Assembly: GCF_018350175.1 (NCBI RefSeq)
Contig: NC_058371.1
Location: forward strand, 6,262,001-6,326,000
Length of the DNA: 64,000 bases
DNA from: Felis catus
Taxonomy: Eukaryota
Direction: 5' to 3'
Shown in pieces: positions 38,101 to 47,922 of this stretch. The notes under the pieces were generated by a model. The model saw nothing but the letters and a program-made list of their open reading frames with translations, had not been told where the DNA came from and ran no database searches. Numbering within the stretch: the first letter of the stretch is position 1; every line of letters begins with the position of its first letter. The position numbers and the translations under genes are program-made.

Positions 38101-38261
38101 TTAGAAACCTGCAGGTCGGATCATCATGGTCGTGGCCTTGAGCGAGTAGCCTGAGCCTTTCCAGTAGTACCACTTAATGCCGCTGAACTTATTTGTGTTC
38201 TGCCTCTGCGGGTAGTACATTCCGTTCAAGTTGGAGGGACCACACGCATCAAACCACCAGC
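38101..38261 (-). CDS. ANGPT2: Angiopoietin-2 last coding exon (exon 9), fibrinogen-like receptor-binding domain C-terminus
   Basis: Minus-strand acceptor AG at 38263-38262; (G)WWFDACGPSNLNGMYYPQRQNTNKFSGIKWYYWKGSGYSLKATTMMIRPAGF then TAA at 38103-38101; 161 nt. Confidence 0.98.
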
Positions 38262-38884
38262 CTGTGGAAGTAAGGCGCACAAGGAATTAGGACTGAGGCA
38301 ACCCTACCCGTATCTCACTACTAGAAACACCCCACTAATCCACCAGTGACACTCCGTGTGTTTGGAGTAGACACACGCAGGGATGCTTGAGCATAGACCG
38401 AGCCGCAGTGACAGATGCGGGTGTGACGTTCCCGCGTCACCAAGGTGAAGTTCCAGTTCCATATGGCAGATGTTTTCACAGGCTCGTGCTGTGTGGAAAG
38501 GCCAGTTCCCCGTAAGCATGAATGGTGAGTGGTCCCCGGTCCTGATTTGGTGAGTACCCCAGCACAGTGCAAAGTGTGGATGAGTCACAAAACTCAAGAA
38601 TTGTTTGAAGGCTCTGCTGGCTTCTGTTCCAGTTCCAGGAACTTAGTGGGCCAGGCTGATTCAGGCTCCCCTCCCCCTCCCGTGCTTTTTTTCTTTTTTA
38701 AATAACTCCAAGTTTTAAGCCCTCAGGAGAGCTAGATACGAAGGAAATCGTTAAGCCCCACAGACAGGAAATTTAAAGCTATCGTGGTGTGCTAAGGTGA
38801 GGGGGTGCTGTCTGGCACAGCAGCGGCGGTGGGGAGGTGGGTCCACATCTACTCCTGAATGGCTACCCTTAAGGGTTTTTGTGG

Positions 38885-39112
38885 TTTTTTTTTTTTAATT
38901 TAAAGGAAAGTTTTTAAATTACGTTTATTTTGAGAGAGACAATGACAGCGTGAGTTGGGGAGGGACAGAGAGAGGGAGAGAGAATCCCCAACAGGTTCTG
39001 CACTGACAGTGCAGAGCCCCATGTGGGGCTGGAACTCTCAAAACCACGAGATCATGACCTGAGCTGAAACCAAGAGTCAGGCGCTTGACTGACTGAGCCA
39101 CCCAGGCGCCCC
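38885..39112 (-). mobile_element. CanSINE
   Basis: Reverse-complement consensus; degenerate TSD. Confidence 0.93.
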
Positions 39113-40548
39113 TAACCTTAGGGTTTTAAAGCTCTTAGCTAGACACAGGAGTGTGCGAGAGCTCTGGTTTTCAAGTAGGAATAGCTTAGATCTACATGCA
39201 TTAATCTAAAGCAGTCCTAGAAACATTGTGTGGAAGTCCACAGACAGTATGGTGCCATTTATGTTAGATTTTAGAATAACGGAAAAAACACCCATTATTG
39301 ATGTCTGCATTCCTAGCAAACTAAATAATGGAAATGAACCTGAGTTCATTGGTTACCCCAAGGGGCAGGTATTTGTTGGGCGCCTTTAGTTGTATCTGTG
39401 AAGTTCTGTTTCTTTAGGTAAAAAATACTTTGATATAATGATTCTATTATCATATTTGCACATCAGGCTGTGATGATCGGTTATTTCATCCAGTTGCCTG
39501 AATTCTTTCCTGATGGTGACAGCTCATGGGTCAAGCTGATTCAGATTAATGGCGATTTGATAAGACATTTGTGCGTGTGCTATTCAGAATCCTTCACAAA
39601 TATTTAGGAATGTTGCGGATTTATAGATCTGTCTGTTCTAGAGCCTCCTGGCTGACTTAACTATAAAATTTGCTGTCTGTGCAAAACTCTAGCTGATTGT
39701 TAGGCTGGTTTACCCGGGGCCCAGACTGTGAGTTGGAACCTGACCTCCTCACAGTCAGGACCACTGCACTTTCTCTCTTGGGCTGTGTTTCTTCTCGCCG
39801 TTCTCTTTCCTACTCCCACTCTCAGCCCTAAATCTTGATTTGAGTAAATAAATATATTGTTTCCTTGGTTATTAATGCACTTCTCTGACTCTCTTGAGTA
39901 GCTCATGACATACGGGTGGTCTGAAAGCTGCCTCCCTCTCGACTGGACAGCTGGGTTCAGTGTGGGAATGACAGATGGGAAAAAAGGATTCAGTAGATTT
40001 GGTCCCCCCGAACCTACCCCTTTCCCCCTTTTTGTTGGCTTCAAAAAGGACAATGATGGTAGGATGAGGGAGACAGGAAGCTTTAAATACTCAATACAGT
40101 AGCTTTCTCTTGCTGAAATAATTATGGCTAATAGGGAAGACCTGTACTGCCAGTATATATTATGTTTGTACATAGAAATATATTATCTAAAAGACTGAAT
40201 TTTAAATGGATCCTCATTCTTTCAGTATTGTTTAAAAGATGTGTAAATTGCTGAGTTTCAAATTATTTTCAGAAGTAAATCCTTTCTTTTGACTGTAAAT
40301 GATTCTTAACTGAAGTGCAAACACATGATAAGCTTAGATCTTGTTTGTGTAGTACCTTATATTTATAAAATCCATTGACCACAGCGCTTACCTTTGTCTT
40401 TCCTGGGTGAGTAAAGAATGGATTTTTTGGTAATATAACTTATGGTCTCTATACATTAAACCCTGCCAACTTCCTGTTTTCCTTCACATTCAGTTTGTAC
40501 TGTTGGCAGAATTTATGTTGCTGGTTTAAGTATTTCAATATTTCTTCA

Positions 40549-40812
40549 AGGCGCCTGGGTGGGCTAGTCGCTTAAGCATCCGACTTCAGCTCAGGTCCTG
40601 ATCCCATGACTCGTGGGTTCAAGCCCCACGTCAGGCTCTTGTGCTGACAGCTCGTGACCTGGAGCGTACCTACTTTAGATTCTGTGTGTGTCTCTCTCTC
40701 TGCCTCTCCCCCACTCATTCTCACTCATTCGCTCTCTCTCCCTCCCCCCTCCCTCCCTGTCCCTCTCTCTCTCTCTCTCTTTCAGAAATAAATAAACATT
40801 ACAAAAAAATTT
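40549..40812 (+). mobile_element. CanSINE with expanded CT tract
   Basis: Consensus head and tail. Confidence 0.93.
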
Positions 40813-40999
40813 AAATCTCTCAGTATTTTTAAGAACTAACATGTCAAACTTTCATCTTGTCTTGGTCATAACTGGTTCGTTCATTCAATTTTTAAACTTT
40901 TAGAAATTGGAAGAGTGCATCTTCTAGCAGTTGGTTTCTTGTCATTGAACTCTTATGTTTCTGACTACTAATCTGGGTGTGGTTTCCATTTAAAAAAAG

Positions 41000-41146
41000 G
41001 TTTTTTTAAGTTTATTTATTTTGAGAGAGAGACATAGACAGAGCCAGCAGGGGAGGGGCAGAGAGAGAGGGGGGAAAAGAATCCCAAGCAGGCTCTGCAC
41101 TATCAGCATAGACATAGAGCCATATGTGGGGCTTGAACCCATGAAA
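41000..41146 (-). mobile_element. 5'-truncated CanSINE
   Basis: 3' half of the consensus only. Confidence 0.88.
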
Positions 41147-41431
41147 TTTTTTTTGAAGCCATCTAATGCAAAAGGTAGCCAGCAAGAAGAGCATGAGAAT
41201 ACACTCCTTAATGTGAAATGGACAATCATTCATTGTAATTTGGTGCACAAAAAAAAAAAGGTTGATTAGTTTCTTTGTGTTTGTAAGTATGCTGTATATT
41301 AATGAAATCTTAAAAAAAAAAAAAGCTAACCGAAAATTCCATGTTTGACCAATGAATTATTAATAGGAGACATTTCTATGTTAATGAGTCTTTGTCACTG
41401 TTTTGCTTGCCGTTTTGAATTTTTAACCTTT

Positions 41432-41495
41432 AAGTCTTTATTTTTGAGAGAGAGAGAAAGGTGAGGTGCAGAAAGAGGTGGAGAGGAAGAGAGAG

Positions 41496-41552
<57 letters not shown>

Positions 41553-41671
41553 CCCAAGCAGGCTCTGCACTGTCAGCACAAGAGCCTGATGTGGGGCTTG
41601 AACTCCTGAACCATGAGATCATGACCTGAGCTGAAACCAAGAGCCGAACCCTTCACCGACTGAGCCACCCC
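41432..41671 (-). mobile_element. CanSINE with long (GA)n
   Basis: Consensus; (GA)n at about 41501-41549; TSD GAATTTTTA(A/T)CCTTT. Confidence 0.93.
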
Positions 41672-42030
41672 GAATTTTTATCCTTTTTAATAAAGCAATA
41701 TGAAATTGAACCATGGCTCTGACATCTGCTACTCAACGAGCACAAACTCAAGAGAGCTTGCTGAGTATCAGATGTCCCCTCTCAGTGCCAGAGTGAGGTC
41801 CCGAAGAGACACTCAGTTGGCCTGCTGACAGTTTTCGCGCAACATCACATTCTTGCTTAAGACTCAACAGTCTGCAAAAGTGAAAAACAAATCTCCCTAC
41901 ATCTAGCAAGTTAAGTCTGTTTATGAAATGTGGCCATTGTCACCAATCACAGGTTGAAGTCCAAATAGCCAGCCTCTCACTCTTATGAAATTCTTCCTTG
42001 CCAAAACAAATAGGAAGAGAGAAAAGCCAT

Positions 42031-42162
42031 NNNNNNNNNNNNNNNNNNNNNNNNNNNNNNNNNNNNNNNNNNNNNNNNNNNNNNNNNNNNNNNNNNNNNN
42101 NNNNNNNNNNNNNNNNNNNNNNNNNNNNNNNNNNNNNNNNNNNNNNNNNNNNNNNNNNNNNN
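42031..42162. other. Assembly gap (132 N) covering ANGPT2 exon 8
   Basis: Run of N in non-repetitive flanks. Confidence 1.
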
Positions 42163-42166
42163 AATC
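42036..42166 (-). CDS. ANGPT2: Angiopoietin-2 exon 8, inferred; all but the first 4 nt lie in an N gap
   Basis: Minus strand reads T-rich tract...ttgcatgcttgcAG|G ATT into Ns, completing Arg (AG|G) from exon 7 and giving Ile (expected R-I-H-L-K). Phases of exons 7 and 9 require a 3n+2 exon; the 131 nt recalled for human fits the gap. The donor-side boundary is inferred. Confidence 0.75.
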
Positions 42167-43297
42167 CTGCAAGCATGCAAAGGAAAAAAAAAAAGAAAAG
42201 AAAAGAACATAATTGGCTTGGGCTGTTGATTTACCGTAGTGGAAAATTTTTTATAATGAAGAATTCCATTCTGCAGAAATGCGTTCTGTACTGGTTAGTG
42301 TGCAAATGCATACTCTGGACAAAATATTTTTGTGCTGGTATAAACAGGAACCAACTTATCATCAAATCCTTAGGCAGTGAGGAATGTTTTCATGAAACCT
42401 TCAGCTCATATCACTTGCACAAGCATCAACAGGGGCTTCAGGGCCCTTTCATTTATTTTCCTGCTGCTTTCAGATAAACAGAAGAGGGGGAAATACAACG
42501 TGAAAGGGTCCTCTTTCCAAGTCTCCAGGCATCATCCGTACAGAAATGAGAGCCCCGAGATGAACAGACAACTTCAAGCGTCGTTATTTTCAGTGGGGTG
42601 GTGGGGGTGGGAAGGGCAGTGGGCAAGGAAGGATCACTGAATCTGGAGTAGAAATCTACAGCGCTGTGTAGAAAATACATCCTTATGGCTGCTTCGCCTC
42701 ATTTCCATATAATATTGTAATAAACCTGCTAGATACTGAGAAAGGAATAAGCATAATATTAAGTCAGACACTAGAAGATAGCCCATCCTTGTAGAAGATT
42801 GCCCAAACCAGGCTTGCATCAGTGGTCTGTGTGCCAAGGAGGAGACAGAAGGGAAAGACAAAGTATGTGAACACTGCTTCAAGAAGGCCCATTGGCAGGT
42901 GGGCACAGTAGAGCTCAGAGCAGGGTTTCACGTGCTGTTGTGTGGCTGTGCGGAATGTGACGTGCCTGTACTGGTACGTGGAGTAGGGCCGTGGGGGAGC
43001 CTGGGGTATGGAGTCTTCCTGACCGGGGATGCTACAAAACAAAACCCCTTCAATGTCTTGAGGGAGAACCGTATTTTAAGTCTCCAAAATGATGCTCATC
43101 TTTTGCTAACCACTACCTTGAAAGGAATGTAATTTCCAAGAATTCATGTTGGAACAGAGGGTAGAAAAGAAAGGGAAGGCTCACCAGGGACTGTCTCTAA
43201 CCAGCCTGTGCCAGGCACTTTCACGGGTTTGTGCATGGAATGCATGCACCAGCCCCGAGAGGCAGGCATTTCCCCTGTTTTTACATACATAATTGTT

Positions 43298-43490
43298 GGA
43301 GCACTTGGGTGGTTCAGTAGGTTAAGCGACTGACTTCGGCTCAGGTTGTAGTCTCACGGTTTGTGAGGTGAGCCGCTCACCTCGGGCTCTCAGCTGTCAG
43401 CACGGAGCTGCTTTGGATCCTCTCTCTCCCTGGTCCTCCCCCCGCTCACTCTCTCTCCCTCCCAAAATAAATCAACATTAAAAAAATTTA
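43298..43490 (+). mobile_element. Older CanSINE
   Basis: Diverged consensus; TSD TTTACATA..AATTGTTG. Confidence 0.9.
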
Positions 43491-46245
43491 CATATAAAAT
43501 TGTTGAGGCTCAGAGACAGGAGCATGGTGGAGCTAGAATCTGCACTAGACGCATCAAAATCCTCTGTTATGCTTCGGCCCTGATAGAACCTTACCGGGGA
43601 TGTTAGTTTATTGAGGAATAGTTCTGAAAAGATGGGGGTATGGAGCACGCTAAACAGAGTTCCATAAAATGTTGGTTCTAAGTCACTTCTGTGTTAATGA
43701 CTTAGATTTAAAATCGTTTTTCGTATTGCAGCCCTAGAACCCCCCACCTCCCAAGGCATTGGCTGAATTTCTGAATTTCAGTGCTATCCTCGTGTTTCAA
43801 AAATGACCCCGGCCCCTAACGCAGCCTCTGATTACCTGCTGCGAAGCGTTCATGTATGTGGTACTCATTTGTGGGTTTCTGAAACACTTTAATTTCTTTG
43901 CAGGCCCTTCTCATTAATCATAGATAGGGTTGAGATAAACCATTATGCTTGCCCTTACTCCTTTCCAGTCTCTTATCTCCTTTGAACAACATTGGTTCTT
44001 ACGGGACTCATGAAATTTCCCCAAAGGTGAGCAGAATCCGTGAGAATACTATTTTTTATTTGTCTTTGTGAGGAAGGTTGCTATCATATTAGATCCTTCT
44101 GTTGTATGGGCCCTTGCTTTATAGTTGCTTTCTTTTAAATTTTGGTTATTAAGAATGACCACATTGTTAAAACTGCTTTAAATTGGTATCAGTTGATTTT
44201 ATAGAACAGTGGAGTGAAAAAAACAAAACAAAACAGTGCCAGCATTTGATAATGACATCTCACTGTATGGAGCTGCCACTGTATGGAGCTACAGCTCACT
44301 GTATGGAGTTTGTGAAAAGTGACCAGTCTTTAACATTTAATATACAAATAGTTTTTAGCTTCAGTAACAAAAAATATTCTATTGATGCATTTTGCCTTTC
44401 CTTAGAACATTTATTTTTCAGTTTACCAACCTTTGGAGAACACTTCTTGAGGGGGAAAAAAAAAAAAACCCACCTCTTTGGTGTAGTACGGCCAAGTGAA
44501 TTAAACTTAGCTTTAAGTGAACGTGTGCTCTTTTAAATGGCATATCCAAAAATTGATCGCATTTCTAAAGGAAATATCTGTTAAGAACCATCTCAGTTTA
44601 AAATATCTTTATAATGTCAGCATACAAGGGTAATGACCCATTTTGTAAAATCTCCTTATATAAACAGTCTAATCCTTAATTTTTTGTGGTTCTTTCTTTT
44701 TTTTTCTTTTTTTTTTCTTTCTTTTTTTTTTTTAATTCCTCTGTTGTAGATTCCTAACTGTTGCCAGTTGAGAAAATATTTAGCTTGGACGTAAAACAAT
44801 GACCAACCACTCGTGTCTAAAAATTCATTGACGTTTTGATCTCTTTGGAGTCGCCTTAGAGCTGCAGTGAGGCCCAAACACCTATCTTTTCATCCATCTG
44901 AGTCATTGCTCCTCCAGGAGAGCCCTGATCTGTCTCTAAGGAGACTTGCTGGGCCCTGTTTCACTGACTTTCTAAAAGTCATGTCAGTGCTAGCCGTACG
45001 TTCGCTGCGTTCAGAGTTTTCAGAATTTCGACCCCTGCTTATAAAGCAGCACATACTGGACATTATGTGGTCCTCAGGTAGTTGTTCAGGCAAGCTGCTC
45101 AGCCTATTTTTATTTCTCTGCTGTTCACTGTGACCCTCCCCTGGGAAGCCAGCTCCAGGACTTTGAAATCGTGTTTATTTTCCAAGCTGTTCAGGTCTCA
45201 GATTTTCTATTGGGCAGAGGGTCTGAGTTGGGTGTCAGTGAGATTCAGTTGGGACTGTAGACCACTGTTTTCCGTGGCGTTCCCATCGAACTTTATTTCT
45301 GACCTCAGTGTACGTATTTTTGTGACGTGTGCTTACGCCTTTCAGAGCCCTTCAGGGCTGTGTCGGTGACTGGACAGTTCTGCTGTGCCTCCTGAGGCCA
45401 ATTCCCGCGGTGCCACCTGGCGCGCGACCTCCCTATTCTCTGTCTGGCCTTGCACGTGCGTTTCTAGGTACCTCCTTCCCTGATGGCATACGCGCCTTCC
45501 CGGTACCTGCCCTAATAGCAGCTCTCCAGGCACTGGTCTCTCGGTGCCTTCTCTGTTCTCCGCTTCCACTCTCAACGGCGTTTGAGAGCCAGAAACTACA
45601 TTCTGAGTCAAGGATGCCCGTGCTTTTCTTGGAACATTCTAGATTAGTGCCGCCAAATGCGTGGGGCAAGGCAAATACTAAGGGAGTGCTGTGAATCAAC
45701 TGTTGTTTCTCTAGCAGAGAGTAAAGGAGTTCGCATGACTAAGCCTCCCACCTCATTCTGCCACTTTTTAAACTTGGTAACTCATCCTGACTTGGGGATG
45801 GAACGTTACAATTGAGGGCGTTCAAGCTGCAGAAAGATAGATTGAACTGTTCAAACCTTTTCAGAAGAAAACAACATAGTCCTAGGTGTACATGTGTCAT
45901 GATCTTGGCATGGCAATTTATGATACAGACGCAACATCCACATAGTCTACAAATATTTGTTGAACAATGCCTGTCAGCTGCCAGGCAGGGTTCATCCACT
46001 CCTTGAGGATACGCAGCAAATACAACAAAACAAATGAAGCGTCCCTCATGTTGTTAAAACCTAAGTTGGAATTTTAAAACTAGAGATAGTTACGGAAAGG
46101 CAGCATAGAACTCTAAGAAATGAGAGGTTTTTCCATTAAGGTATCCTCCGAGTACTTCAGATCCTGCTTAATGCAGTCGGGCTCTCCCTTCCTGGAATAG
46201 TCGCACAGCAAATCCATTAATGTCTTTCAGTTACATATAACTCAC

Positions 46246-46412
46246 CTGTAATTGAATTCTTCACTTGAGAGAGAGAAATGTTCATACAGTGAGTACGCTT
46301 CATTCCCTTCCCAGTCTTTAAGGTGTATTTTAAGCACGTAGGGCTGTTGATTGGTCACTTGGAAAACAAACTCATTTCCCAGCCAGTGTTCACCGGAAGG
46401 GTTCCCAAATCC
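46246..46412 (-). CDS. ANGPT2: Angiopoietin-2 exon 7
   Basis: Acceptor AG at 46414-46413, donor GTGAG from 46245; 167 nt; GFGNPSGEHWLGNEFVFQVTNQQPYVLKIHLKDWEGNEAYSLYEHFSLSSEEFNY(R). Confidence 0.98.
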
Positions 46413-46976
46413 CTGTAATCCAAGTTGTAAAATTCAGTCACCTCATTTATTTTTAATTCATGTATTTGAAATCAGTAGCCTATCAGTTTAACCTGGGGTG
46501 ACTGTCAGATACTCAGCAGAAATTCTTTCCTGTGTTCTGAAAATTTGGGGGTCTTCCAGATAAGAAAGTAGATTTTTAAAAGGTCTGCTTTAAGAAACCA
46601 AGCTGCTACTGGAAGGAAATTAGTATTAGAGTAATTAGAACTACTTGGGGAATCACCAGGAGAAACATGAGCATAAACCGCTCAGGTTATTGACGTGCAG
46701 TTTTGTAAAACAGTTGGGTTACCGAAAAACACCGAGCCTGCCATTAAAAATAAGCCTCTCACTTGCGTGCCTTTGTTTTGATCTCTAGTTTATACTACAC
46801 TGACAGGATCATTCGTTACTGGGGAGACTGAAGCATCAGCTAAAGGGAACCCTTTGATAACAAAAATTGTCAACAGTCATTGGTTAGTTTTGGATTTGTG
46901 GTGAAGGTTCTGCAGATCTTGAAAATCAGTTTTCACAAAGAAAATTGTGTTCAGATGGGTTGAAGAGTATTCATAC

Positions 46977-47078
46977 CACTTTATATTCGTTCCAAGTCCT
47001 CTGGAAGTCAACACTGCCATCTTCCCGCCGCTGAATGATGGTCCACCCACCTCCAGCCGTCTCCATGTCGCAGTATGC
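46977..47078 (-). CDS. ANGPT2: Angiopoietin-2 exon 6
   Basis: Acceptor AG at 47080-47079, donor GTATGA from 46976; 102 nt; [34 protein letters not shown]. Confidence 0.98.
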
Positions 47079-47237
47079 CTGCCAATGGGAAGTGCACAGT
47101 CATTGTGTGGGAGACATCAGAGTCAGGTCTTCATTGGAACTCAAGGAAACAGGACAGATGGAGATACCTATCATGTGACTTGTGCCATGGGGTCAATCTT
47201 TGTGGCCTTCCAAGAAGCAGATCATTCTGAATACATT

Positions 47238-47422
47238 AAATGTTTATTTAGTTTTAAGAGAGAAAGAGAGCGCACAAATGGGGAAGGGGCAGAGAGAGAG
47301 GGAGACCGAGGATCCGAAGTGGTGTCAGCACAGAGCCTGACGAAGAGCTCGAACCCACACACCGTGAGCTCATGACCTGAGCTGCAGTCGGACACTCAAC
47401 CGACTGAGCCACCCAGGCGCCC
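47238..47422 (-). mobile_element. CanSINE
   Basis: Reverse-complement consensus with a small deletion. Confidence 0.92.
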
Positions 47423-47434
47423 TGGTTTTAAATA

Positions 47435-47922
47435 CAGTAAAACCTTGGCTTATGAGCATAATTTGTTCCAGAAACATGCTTGTAATGCACAGCACTTGTA
47501 TATCAAAGCGAATTTCAAGAACCATTGGCTCAGTTGTGATCATGTGATGTTTGGTGTCACATACTCTTTTTGTTTGTTTGTTTGCATTTTTTAAATGCTC
47601 ATTTTTGACAGAGAGAGACAGAGCACAAATGGCACGGGGTGGTTGTGGGCGGTGGGGGAAGTAGAGAGACAGGGAGACACAGAATCTGAAGCAGGCTCCA
47701 GGCTCCAGCTCTCAGTACAGAGGCCCACACAGGGCTCAAACTCCTGAACCATGAGATGAATTGAGTCGAAGTTGGAAGCTTAACTGAGCCATCCAGGCAC
47801 CCCTCACGTACTACTCGTATTGCAAGACATTGCTCCCTTATCAAGTTAAAATTTACTAGAAATGCTTGCTCCTCTTGTGGATCACTCCCAGAACAGGTTA
47901 CTTGCAATCCAAGGTTTTATTG
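47435..47922. mobile_element. Tc1/mariner (pogo/Tigger-like) MITE interrupted by a SINE
   Basis: TIRs CAGTAAAACCTTGG / CCAAGGTTTTATTG (13 of 14 match); TA at 47433-47434 and 47923-47924. Confidence 0.85.
47567..47803 (-). mobile_element. CanSINE nested in the MITE
   Basis: Consensus; TSD TCAC(A/G)TACT. Confidence 0.93.

Noticed and set aside
37925-38173. 82-aa alternative-frame ORF overlapping the ANGPT2 last exon
   Set aside because: Explained by the scarcity of stop codons in GC-rich sequence; no recognisable protein.
39700-40173. 157-aa minus-strand ORF in ANGPT2 intron 8
   Set aside because: No recognisable homology and not the missing exon 8 peptide; length is compatible with chance.
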